From Octopus vulgaris (lineage: Eukaryota): 64,000 nt of DNA. A program made the translations under genes and the position numbers. Position 1 is the stretch's first letter. Every line of letters begins with the position of its first letter. The stretch spans positions 47,554,001 to 47,618,000 of the forward strand of contig OX597816.1 of NCBI GenBank assembly GCA_951406725.2. Reading direction: 5' to 3'. The notes beneath the pieces are model-generated. The model searched no databases, had not been told where the DNA came from, and worked only from the letters and a program-made list of their open reading frames with translations. This document shows, in pieces, positions 50,958 to 63,379 of this stretch.

Positions 50958-51233
50958 ATTCTTTTACTCTTTTACTTGTTTCAGTCATTTGACTGTGGCC
51001 ATGCTGGTGCACCACCTTTAATCGAGCAACTCGACCCCGGGACTTATTCTTTGTAAGCCCACTACTTATTCTATCGGTTTCTTTTTGCTGAACCGCTAAC
51101 TGACGGGGACATAAACACACCAGCATCGGTTGTCAAGCAATGCTAGGGGGACAAACACAGACACACATACATATATATATATACATATATACGACGGGCT
51201 TCTTTCAGTTTCCGTCTACCAAATCCACTCACA
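50958..51233 (-). mobile_element. SINE-A 3' portion
   Basis: Tail and tract, truncated by an AT-rich insert. Confidence 0.85.
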
Positions 51234-51937
51234 TATTATATATAAATAATTAAGATTCAGTTGAATAAGGTACTTAAGTTGATGCACATTATCTAGTGAT
51301 TGAAAACAAGGGGTCAAAGGTAAAGAAAATACAATAAATCGTTCTATAACAGATAAGGTTATTTAAATATATAAATATATAAAAAATTTTACCAATTATG
51401 AAAAGTCATAAAGGATGTAATGATATAAAGAGATATAACAGCATAAACATATGGCATACACATATATTTTCTTTGCCTTTGATCCCTTATTTTCAGTCAA
51501 TAGGTAATGTGTACCTCCTTCCCTGATATATTCTGAATGTAAGTTAGGCTTACTGTTTGAATGGTTTTATTATGACCACCTGTATGTTCTGCTGGGATGA
51601 ATTATTATGAAATTTTTTATATATAAGTAATCTTCTTCTTTAGTGCTTAAATTGGTCTATTTATCCTTATTATCTTACTTGGTCCTTATATCCCCTTCCT
51701 ATATTAAAAATTTTTTACTTATATTATACTAAATATAATAATACATAGATTTTGCTATATTTTGCTTATATCTATCTCTTTCTTCTGTACTCCTAATGTC
51801 CATCAAGATCTCACTGTAGTGCCCTATATTTTCAATTGTAGGCCCCTTTAGCTGATAATAATGAAAGAGTTTATGTCTCCTTGACCCTACCTATTTTTCT
51901 GGACATTTACCACTATCTAAATGACTTCCTCTGAGAT

Positions 51938-52352
51938 TTACTCTTTTACGCTTTTACTTGTTTCAGTCATTTGACTGCGGCCATGCTGGAGCACCGTCTT
52001 TAGTCAAGCAAATCGGCCCCAGGACTTATTCTTTGTAAGCCTTGTACTTATTCTACCAGTCTCTTTTGCCAAACCACTAAGTTACGGGGACATGAACACA
52101 CCAGCATTGGTTGTCAAGCGATGTTGGGGGAACAAACACAGACACACAAACATATACACAAACATACATATATACATACATATATACGACGAGCTTCTTT
52201 CAGTTTCCATCTACTAAATCCACTCACAAGGCTTTGGTCGGCCCGAGGCTATAGTAGAAGACATTTGCCCAAGGTGCCATGCAGTGGGAATGAACCCAGA
52301 ACCATGTGGTTGGTAAGCAAGCTACTTAGCTCACAGCCACTCCTACTCCTAT
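51938..52352 (-). mobile_element. SINE-A, full length
   Basis: Consensus match. Confidence 0.9.
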
Positions 52353-52374
52353 GATTAATTCTATTAACAATTTG

Positions 52375-52600
52375 CATTAGTTTGCCCGAAAGGACTGCAA
52401 AACAGATTCTTCAAGCAGAGCCAACTGACAGGAGACCTAGGAGCAAACCACAAGTGAAATGGTTGAACAATACCCATTGTCTCTATTGGCCACACTTGGG
52501 AATCAAGCAGAGAAATTTAATGATGGTTGCTTCTGACAAGACCCTATGGCACTTGATAACTTTCCTAAAACCCTCTTAGGAATAGTGGTTGGTGTAAATG
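52375..52600 (+). mobile_element. Old RTE (Expander-like) C-terminal fragment
   Basis: PERTAKQILQAEPTDRRPRSKPQVKW...W.HLGI. Confidence 0.6.
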
Positions 52601-52727
52601 AACAGAAAGAATTTGCATTAAATTACTAAAATTTAAATTTATTTAACCTCCTCTCACCAGGATAATGTCAACATGGTGACACGAATGTAAAATTCGAACA
52701 ATTTTTTTTTAAATTTCAGAACACAGT

Positions 52728-53128
52728 TACTCTTTTACTTGTTTCAGTCATTTGACTGTGGCCATGCTGGGGCACCACCTTTAGTCGTGGAAATCAATCC
52801 CAGGACTTATTCTTTGTAAGCCTTGTACTTATTCTATTGGTCTCTTTTGCCGAATTGTTAAGTTACGGGGATGTAAAAACCAACATCGGTTGTCATTCGA
52901 TGTTGGTGGGGGGACAAATACAGACACACAAACACACACACATATATATACATATACATACATACAACTGGCTTCTTTCAGTTTCTGTCTACCAAATCCT
53001 CTCACAAGGCTTTGGTCGGTCCAAGGCTATAGTAGAAGACACTTGCCCAAGGTGCCATGCAGTGGGACTGAACATAGAACCATGTGGTTGGTAAGCAAGC
53101 TACATACCACACAGCCACTACTGCGCCT
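52728..53128 (-). mobile_element. SINE-A, full length
   Basis: Consensus match. Confidence 0.9.
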
Positions 53129-53780
53129 TACTAAATATTTGTCCATGGTCACTTATTTTACCACCAATGTTTGAAATAGTAGCAGAATATAATGAAGAAT
53201 TTTGTGCTCTGCTCTTTCAACTATTCATATCATCATCATCATCATCATCATCGTCGTCCTTTAACATCCACCTTCCATGCTGGCATGGGTTTGACGGTTT
53301 GACAGGAGCTGGCTAGGCAGAGGACTGCACCAGACTTCTGTGTCTCTTTTAGCATGTTTTTTTTTATGACTGGATGCCCTTCCTAACACCAACCACCCAG
53401 CAGTGGACTGAGTACTTTTTAATGTGGCACAAGCACAGGCAAGGTAAGTTTTGGCATAGTTTTTACGGCTGGATACCCTTCCAAACACCAACTACTATAC
53501 CGTGTGGACTAGATGCTTTTTATGTGGCACCAGCACCTCTATTTTTATTTTTATCTGTTTCTTTTATTTGACTGTGGCCATGCTGGGGCACCATTTTGAA
53601 TAACTTTTAGTCAAATGAATTGATCCCAGTATTTATTTTTTTAAAGCCTTGTACTTATTCTATCATTCCCTTTTTACTGAACCACTAAGTTATGGGGATG
53701 TAAGCAAATAAACACCAGTGGCCAAGTGGTGATGGGGACAAGCACAGACACAACTCTCCCCACATACACACACACATATG

Positions 53781-53818
<38 letters not shown>

Positions 53819-54067
53819 CTCACACACACACACACACACACAATGGACTTCCTTCAGTTTCCATTTACCAAATCCACTCACAAAGCTTTGGCTGGCCTGA
53901 GGCTATAGTAGAAGACACCCAAGGTGTCACATAGTGGGACTGAACCTGCCTGAAAAGCAATCTTCTTTGAGGGACAAGACTGGATGAAATGCTCATTTAT
54001 AATAGATTTTAAAAGGGACTTGTTAATTACAATGATTATGAGGAAAAAATAGTAAATAAACTCATTT

Positions 54068-54310
54068 TTGTTGTGTCTGGGGAGAGTAATTTTCTTTTTG
54101 TGTCTTATAACGTAACACACTCACCGGTAAAATTTCCACTTATTTCTTATTTTTATTTTCCTAAAATTTTCATTGCGTCTTGCAACCTTTTTACCGGTGA
54201 GTGTGTTACATTATAAGGTACAAAAAGAAAATGACTCTCCCCAAACACAACAGAATATGCTTCAACACACGAACTCATATAAAGAATCTTGCAAACCAAA
54301 TCCAAGAACG
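54068..54310. mobile_element. Inverted-repeat element with one-sided extension; deleted relative at 14198-14315
   Basis: ~64-bp arms 54069-54133 / 54189-54252, then ATGCTTCAACACACGAACTC shared with 14262. Confidence 0.8.
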
Positions 54311-55001
54311 AAATATAAACTCATTTTGCTTACCAGAAACTTTTAAAAATAACTGCTGAATATTATCTCAACTACCTGAGATCAATTTACACAAAATATT
54401 TACCAATTCTGCATTGAACTGATCCTTAAAATTTTAAAATACAGAAAGGACTTGTCAGGATAACACAGTCCTAGATACATTATGCCTGAAAAAAAAAAAA
54501 AAAAAATTGGGGATGGTTATGTTTGGAACATTTGCTTTATCAGACCTGTCTTGGAGCTAAATAATAACCTGTTTTGCCTGGCAAATTTCTCTGTAACATT
54601 CTCTACTTTCTTTAAAACGGAGACAATATGTTGTGAATCATAAAAATTTTGTTGCAACATGTCTCACAATAATGATGGGATTTCAGCCATGAATAGAATA
54701 CTAATTGAATGGTTCGTTCGATTGGTTATTGTAATTCAAGCAGAGCTGACTGGCGCTTCCATACAGTAGCAACAATGGTAATTCTTGAGGTATTAATTTG
54801 TTTGTTTAAATCAGGGGTATGGGGAATTGCAAATACATAACAATCTGTGGGACAACAATATATGTGCTGAGAAAAATAATGAAGCTTCAATTTTACAAGT
54901 TTATAATACCGTTCTCCTTTTCCTTTGTTTTCATCAGTGGACTGTGGCCATGCTGGGGCACTGCTCTGAAGTGTTTAATCAAACAAACCGAAGCAGAAAT
55001 T

Positions 55002-55278
55002 TACTCTTTACTCTTACTCTTTTACTTGTTTCAGTCAATTGACTGTGGCCATGCTGGAGCACCGCCTTTAGTTGAGCAAATCGACCCCAGGACTTATTCT
55101 TTGTAAGCCTGGTACTTATTCTATCGGTCTCTTTTGCCGAACCACTAAGTTACAGGGACGTAAACCCACCAGCATCGGTTGTCAAGCGATGTTGGGGGCA
55201 CAAAAACAGACACACAAACACACACACACACACACATACACACATATAAATATATACGACAGGCTTCTTTCAGTTTCC
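55002..55278 (-). mobile_element. SINE-A 3' portion nested in an older SINE-A (54915-55580)
   Basis: Consensus tail and tract. Confidence 0.8.
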
Positions 55279-55361
55279 TTCTCTTTACTGATCTGCAGAG
55301 TTATGGTGGATGTAAACAAACCAACAATGGTTGTCAAGCAGTGTGAGGGATAAATGCAAAG

Positions 55362-55414
<53 letters not shown>

Positions 55415-56254
55415 AATACACAATAGGCTTCCACACAGTTTCCACCAGCCAAATTTGCTTACAAGGCATTGGTTGGGTTGGTGTAAGGCATTGGTTGGGT
55501 TGGTGTTACGGTTGAAGACACTTGCTCAAGGTGCAGTGGAGCTGGTTGACAGCTGAAACCAAATTCACATGGTTGCAAAGCAATGCTATTCTGGGTTTGA
55601 AGTTAATCCTATTTTTTTGTTTTTTATATGGGTTTAGAAACTTTGTAAGTAGAGACTTTTGAAGTTGAATGCAGAAATAATTTGACCTATAGATAAGGGG
55701 AATCCCATTTTCTATTTTGCTTTTTACAGCTTAGTCAAAGAGGGGAAAGGAAGTACCCACGGCCCTTTATTATTTTTATGTCTCCTAAGACAGGTGTAAA
55801 GGAGAGAAGAAAATGCCCTCAAACTGGAGATCTGGCATGAATACTTACAACAGATAGAACTCTGCTACTGGCATTTAAAGACCAGGTAGTGGTGTCAACT
55901 CAGTTGATGGATTAATTCTAACACCTACAAATTCAGAATACAGAGTAACAGAGACACAAATACCACACGGCATCTTGTCTGATGTTCTGACATTTCCACA
56001 AATCTACTGCTTTGGACTAATATTTTATTTTATTGACTTTGAAAGGATGAAAGGATGAAAGGTGGCACTGACTTCAACATGATTTGAACTCAGAGTGCCA
56101 AGATCAAGAACAAATGTCACAAAGCATTTTGTTTTACCCCCTACTGTCAAACAACTCAGCCAGTTTATTACCTCCCTGGTCTAAGCTGAAACTAGTAAAA
56201 CTCCAATTTCTTACTGTTATTTCTGTATATGTGTAGGCATGGCTGTTAGGCAAG

Positions 56255-57275
56255 GGTGTAGCTGTTTGATAAGAAGTTTGTTTCCCAATCACGTGGTTCC
56301 AGGTTCAATCCCACTGCATGGCAACTTTGGCAAGTGTCTTCTACTATAGCCATGGGCTGACCAAAGCCTTATGAGTGGATTTGGTAGATGGAAACCGAAA
56401 GAAGTTAGTTGTATAAATATATATATATGTTTCTTTATTAGCCACACAAGGCCGAACACAGAGGGGACAAATTACAAAGTAGAGCTTTTCTTTTTGGGGA
56501 GAAAAATAAGGGGAGGGGGTAGGTTTCTATCAAAAGGGATTGAAAAAAAAAAGGAAAAAAACGATCAATAGGGATTGTGTATCACAGAAATGTCATGATG
56601 TAAAGTGTAAAGGGGGAAACAGATAAGGTTTATCTGTGGAAAGAAAAGCCTACGGAAAAGACCACGGTAACTTTGGTCAATAATTTCACATGTTAACATA
56701 TTTATTTGCAAGTAACTAACTGTCTGTTTTAAATTTTTCCGGATTCATAGGATTATGCTGAAGGTGGCTTCGTCATTCATAGTGCCATCCTTGCTACATT
56801 CACCCATCTTTTTTTGAAACATTCGCTAGACAAGACTTGTCTCTCTACTCTCACTTTCCTTTTCAAGTGATACTTGAAGAAGTTGATGAGAGATTGACCA
56901 GAGAGGAAAGTGTTTATCTCTAATCCTTTCAGACGCATCCACCAGATACATTCTTTCGCCATAGCCACAAGTATGATGAAAATAGCTCTTCCTTCCCGTG
57001 TGTCTGTGTGTTTTTGTACCTTTGTTTGTCCTCCTGCTACAATTTGAGAACTGGTGTTGGTGTGTTTATGCCCATGTACTTAGCAGTTCGGTAAAAAAGA
57101 CCGATAGCATAAGTACCAGGCTTTAAAAACAAACAATAAGTACTGGAGTTGATTTGTTTGATTAAAAATGGTTCAAGGCAGTGCTCCAGCATGGCCATAG
57201 TGTACTGACTGAAATAAGTCAGTACACTGTGATAAAAAAGATAAAAAGATAAAAAGACTGAAAAAAGATAAAAAT
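56255..57275 (+). mobile_element. SINE-A split by a LINE insertion
   Basis: Head to 56428, tail from ~56999. Confidence 0.8.
56430..56998 (-). mobile_element. L1/Tx1-like LINE 3' end
   Basis: IFIILVAMAKECIWWMR...F.KRW C-terminal pattern, pyrimidine-rich 3' UTR, ends GTGGCTAATAAAGAAA; clade assignment is by motif resemblance only. Confidence 0.6.
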
Positions 57276-57659
57276 TTGGGTCTTAAGTGGCAGTCATTTG
57301 CCTGTCAGACAAAATGCTTAATGGTGTTTCTTCCGGCTCTTTATGTTCCAAGTTCAAAGGTTGACTTTGTCCCTCATCCTTTTGAGATTGATAAAAGTAA
57401 ACTTATCAATTGATCATTGAAGATTGATGTAATTGACTTAACAACTGCCTCTAATATTGGTTTTAAATTTTGGCATAAGGCCAGCAATTTTGAGGGAAGA
57501 GGGATAGTTGATTTTATCGACCCCAGTATTTAACTGGTACTTATTTTATCAACCCCCGAAAGGATTATGGGGCAAGGTCAACCTTGGTGGAATTTGAACT
57601 CAGTATGTAAAGATGGGCAAAATGTCATGAAGCATTTTACCTGGCTTGCCAATGATTCG

Positions 57660-58078
57660 TATTTCTTTATTGCCCACAAGGGGCTAAACATAGAGGGGAC
57701 AAACAAGGACAGACAAAGGGATTAAGTCGATTACATCGACCTCCGGTGCATAACTGGTACTTAATTTATCGACCCCCGAAAGGATGAAAGGCAAAGTTGA
57801 ACTCAGTGGAATTTGAACTCAGAACGTAACAGAAAATGAAATACCTATTTCTTTACTACCCACAAGGGGCTAAACACAGAGAGGACAGACAAGGACAGAT
57901 AAATGGATTAAGTTAATTATATCGACTCCAGTGCATAACTGGTACTTAATTTATCGACCCCGAAAGGATGAAAGGCAAAATCGACCTTGGCGGAATTTCA
58001 ACTCAGAACGTAGCGGCAGACGAAATACTGCTAAGCATTTCGCTCGGCTTGCTAATATTTTTACCAGCTCGCCGCCTT
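57660..58078 (-). mobile_element. SINE-B tandem dimer
   Basis: Junction GAAATACC|TATTTCTTTA at ~57845. Confidence 0.88.
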
Positions 58079-60935
58079 CGCCTCCCCCAATACTGATTTC
58101 AAATTTTGCCACAAGGTCAGCAATTTCAAGGGAAGGGTGAAGTCGATTGTATCGACCCCCAGTGCTCAACTGGTACTTATTTTTTAACCCCAAAAGGATG
58201 ACAGGCAAAGTTGACCTCAGTGGAATCTGATTTATTTTACTGAATTTTTCTTCCTGTTCTTTGCAATCCTTTAATATTTAATAATATCTATCTGGTAAGA
58301 TTTAAATTAATTTTCTTCTTTGAAAGGATTAATTAATTTTCCCCATGATTATGAGCTTAAGATGCTGAACTTAGAGACTATTATTTGGATGGACAGTGTT
58401 TTAATTGTTACTTACAGCTATTTTATTGCACTCTGAGGCAACAGTTGTTTGATTGTTTGATTCTGTCTAGTTGATAATAACTTCTACTTCACAGTTGGAT
58501 GGTTAGTGTAAAAATAAATTGCTCCATTATTCTATTGCTCCAGTAGTATGTATGAGTCTAAATTTAATAACTCCCATTTCATTTATGCAAGCAAGGAACT
58601 GAATGTAATACAATAAAGAAAAAAAAAATATACCAAAAATATTCACCCTTAGGATTGACAGAGTAATTCCAAGATTGATTAGATGCACAACTAGCAATCC
58701 AAAATGCCAATGTCTCCTGTTTATATTACTATGTTAATTCATCATTCTTTAAATACTGGGTATTCAAGTTATTGATTCGGCTTCTGGTTAAAATTCAGAA
58801 GAACGGCAGATATGAATAATTTTCAAATAATTGACATATTTAGATTTATATAAAATATATAGTTTTTTTATTATTAATTATCCCAGTTGCCTTCAGTGTG
58901 CTTTTTAAACCTTTGGGTCCTTTGTTCATTTAATATTTATCTAGTTTTAAGGTATTTAAGTACAAAGGTCCATATTGAAATGAAATATCCTGATGTAAAC
59001 TGTATCTTGAAATTATTTATTCTATTTATTTATTTATTTTTATATTTCAGTTTCCAATATATCTCTGTCAATTAAGGAAATTTTCTGTTTAAATGATAGA
59101 TGCTCTGTCTCATTGAATATGTTTATAATCATTCCCAACTAGAGATGTAAGCAAATCAAAAGCTTATTTTTTTTTTTTTTGTTGTAATATCAATACCTTT
59201 ACATCATAGAAATTTCAAAAATAGATGACTATTTTTTTTCAAATATCTGTGGCCATTTTCAAATGAACATACGGAAAGATTCTTATATATGTTGCCAACT
59301 GAATAAATATTGTGAACAAAGAATTGTTTTATAATCATATTTCTTAACAAGAATAGACTGTTGATGTATATCAGTTAATTTTGAAAGTAATCAATATATG
59401 TAACTTTTTATTTGTTTGTCGGCATTGTTTAGCTATTGTTTTAGAATACAACAGAATACAAATGTTTACCTACAGAAATTTTCACATTAACATTAATATA
59501 ACAATGTGAGATTTCAGTCAAGATTTTAATTTAAATATGAACACTTCAAAGCAGACAATTTGGGGTAGGTTGGTATGGAAAGAGTTAAGGGGAGTCAATG
59601 CAGACAAAATGCGTTTTAACTAAAAAATAATTTTCTGAGCAGTGTTTATTAAAAAAAAAAAAAAAAAAAGGTTTTCTGAATTAAGATCAACAAATGAAAT
59701 GCAAATAATTATAAACAGATTTAATTAGCATTGATAACTATCAATTGGAATGAAGTTATGTCTGTGCATCAAATGGATAAATTAAACTTTAATGCTTTTA
59801 TTTTCAGGTCAGTGACATACAGACAACCCTAAACTGCATGCATCTAAGCCCAGTGACCTCATTTTCATGACTGGCATAAATTTCTCATCTAAATCCTCAT
59901 CAAATATGAATAAAGTGTTGTAAGCTAATGAACTTCTCATTATTTCTACTTCTACAAATTACACAGTCATTAATCACTTTTCTTCTGGTTCCTAACTCCA
60001 GCAAAAACCAAGATACTCCCCCACCCCCCAAATAACAAAACAAAGATGTGATTGAATAAGTTAAAAATTTGACTCAAATGAAGGTTGGTGTCAGTGATGG
60101 ATTATTACAAACTTACAAATAGAGAACAGTCTTTTTTTTTTTTATTATCCACTTGATCGCTGCTATACTTATAAAATGGATGACTTCCATAGTATGAGAA
60201 ATTACTATGTATATAGGTACAGGCTTGGTTGTATGGTTAAGAAGTTTGCTTATTTGCCATATTGTTTCACCTTAGGCAAGTTTTTCTACTATAATCCATG
60301 ACCGATCAATGCCTTATGAATGGAATTGGTAGGCAAAGCAAAGTGAAGTAGATGTAAGATGATGATGATGATGATGATGATGTTGATGTTGATGTTGATG
60401 ATGATGTTGATGATGATGTTGATGATGATGATGATGATGATGACCCATAATATGAGAAACTTTTGTTTAGACTATGATGGATGCTTATAAAACAATACTT
60501 ATTGACCTTTGAAGAAAGTTAACAATTCTATCTGTTATAATCTTTACTCAACATTTTCAAGGCTTAGTTCCTTGCAGAAAAGAAAATCAACGGCAAAAAG
60601 AAAAAAGAAACAAAAGAAAAAAAAATTTCGATATCCTGTAAAAGGTATTTCTGAAATTTATGTTTATGTTTTCATAGCTTCATTTTATATTATTTGTGAA
60701 TAGTAAGGTTTCCTGTGTGTTAGTTACTGGTTCCCTGCACTTATGATGCTGAAAATGACAAGCAAGTGTTTGAAACTTAAGTGGTATAAATAACACAAGG
60801 TATTTTTGCTTCAAAGCATTGGTTTATTAGATTTCTCATTGATGTTTACACTTTTGCCAATATACACTGTTGGAAAAATCCATGATCTATGTACAAAAAA
60901 GCATATACACATACAAAGAAGCAAACAAACAAACC

Positions 60936-60974
<39 letters not shown>

Positions 60975-61407
60975 TTTCTCAATAAGTTTTCATAAGTCAA
61001 AAACACACAGGCACCTGTACATGAGGTAATAGAGTGAACACATCATTAATATTTAGTCTCATAACAGTAAATTCCTGTCACTGAATGGTTTCATGTTAAA
61101 AAACCTTCTTAGTATGGAAAGGTAATTCAACATCCAGTTTATGAGTCTCAGAGATTTTTCATCCTTGACTTTCGTTCTATGTTTTTTTACAACTTCTCTG
61201 CCATGCATAAATTGGATGTGTGGTGTTTTTAGATCTCCAGTACAAAAGAGTTTAAGATACATACTCTTCTATTCAACCATATCAGCTGACTGTTAAATCA
61301 CCCCTTTTATACTTATAAGTTTCTTTGAGACGAAACTTAGATAATATGAAACTGGGTTGTTATGAGACTAGATTTATCATGCTTAATAAATCATATATAT
61401 ATATATA

Positions 61408-61765
61408 TTCTTTTACTTGTTTCAGCCATTTGACTTCAGTCTTGCTGGAGCAATACCTTTAGTCAAACAAATCCACCCCAAAACTTATTCTTTGTAAGCC
61501 TAGTACTTATTCTATCAGTCTCTTTTACTGAACTGCACTAACATCAGTTGTCAAGTGACAGTCGGGGGACAAATGCAGACATAGAAATACATACATATAT
61601 ATATATGACAGGTTTCTTTCAGTTTCTGTCTGTCTGTCTACCAAAAACCCTCACAAGGCTTTGGTCAGCCTGTGGTTATAGTAGAAAACACTTGCTGAAG
61701 GTGCCACACAGTGGACCAAACCCAGAACCATGGGTTTGGGAATCACACAGCCACTCCTGCACCTA
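61408..61765 (-). mobile_element. SINE-A, diverged
   Basis: Head, tract and tail. Confidence 0.75.
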
Positions 61766-61769
61766 TATA

Positions 61770-62120
61770 TCATCATCATTTAACGTCTGTGTTCCATGCA
61801 AGCATGGGTCAGATGGTACTACAAAAGCCGACCAGGCCAAAGCCTGCACCCGACTTCTGTGACTGTTTTTGGCAAGATTTTTATAGCTGGATGCCATTCT
61901 TAACACCAACCACTCAGCAGAGTGGACTTAGTGCTTTTTACATGGCACATGCACAGACGCAGTGAGTAGTGTTTTTTACATGACATAAGCATAGGCAAGG
62001 TCAGTTTTGGCAAGGTTTTTACAGCTGGATGCTCTTCCAAACACCAACCACTTCACAGTGTGGACTGGGTGCATTTAAGTGGCACCTGCACTGACAGGGT
62101 CACCAAGTACTTGCAAGACA
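61770..62120 (-). mobile_element. RTE-related 3' end with internal duplication (similar copy 53229-53535)
   Basis: CAT tail; GCTGGATG..CT..AACACCAACCAC occurs twice. Confidence 0.65.
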
Positions 62121-62343
62121 AAAACTTTTAAATGGGGAGAAGGCATTGGAAGAGGTGATGATGAAAAGGTTAAAGTGAGACAGATATAGGTGTCTTGCTG
62201 TAGAGGAACTACAAGGTTACCCGGCCGGAGAGAGAAAGATCAGGAATGAAGACAGAAACAGGTGTGCTACTGCAAAGAAAATACATGGATGTCCAACCCG
62301 AGAGAAGTGCAGGAGAAGGAAAGAGAGAAAGAGTATGTATGTT

Positions 62344-62377
<34 letters not shown>

Positions 62378-62382
<5 letters not shown>

Positions 62383-62595
62383 ATCCCTCACCATATTACA
62401 GTTCACCTATTGCGGTTTATTATTTAAGCTTATGTTGATTCCTCTGTGGTGTTGGGTGTTGTTTTGCATTTATGATAAAATGAAAATATGCAAATTATTA
62501 AAAAAATACTGTACAGTAGTGTTTCTACTTCATGAATTTTCACCTATTGTGGGGGATTTTGGAACATAACAACCGCAATAGTTGAGGTATTACTG
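62378..62595. mobile_element. pogo/Tigger-type MITE
   Basis: TIRs TAGTAATCCCTCA / TGAGGTATTACTG with TA flanks. Confidence 0.7.
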
Positions 62596-62935
<340 letters not shown>

Positions 62936-63379
62936 TGTGTCTACTAAATTCTACTCGCTTGATATTTATTAACCGGAAACTAGAAGATACTGTCCAAGAT
63001 GTAACACAGCAGGATTGAACCAAGGGTCACATGATTTTAAAGCAAGCTTCTTAACCAGAGCCATATCTACACCTATTTGCAGGAAAATATATAGCACATA
63101 AAAAGAAAATATTGTATGAAGTTTGACTGAATTAGAAAATATCTGAAAGAAAATTAACATGTTTTAGTGAGAATATGGTAGATAGGAATCTGAAGACCTT
63201 GTCTTCAATAATGTTGCAGTGTTAATGATAATAAAGATAGTTCTTAATAATAGTTTGCAAAATTTTATCAAGTGACCAAAAAATGACTGCGAACTTTGCT
63301 ATTTATTAAAAATACTACCTTATATTTCAATTCATGCTTCAAACATTACATCAATAACAGAATAGAAGTAAATATTAAT

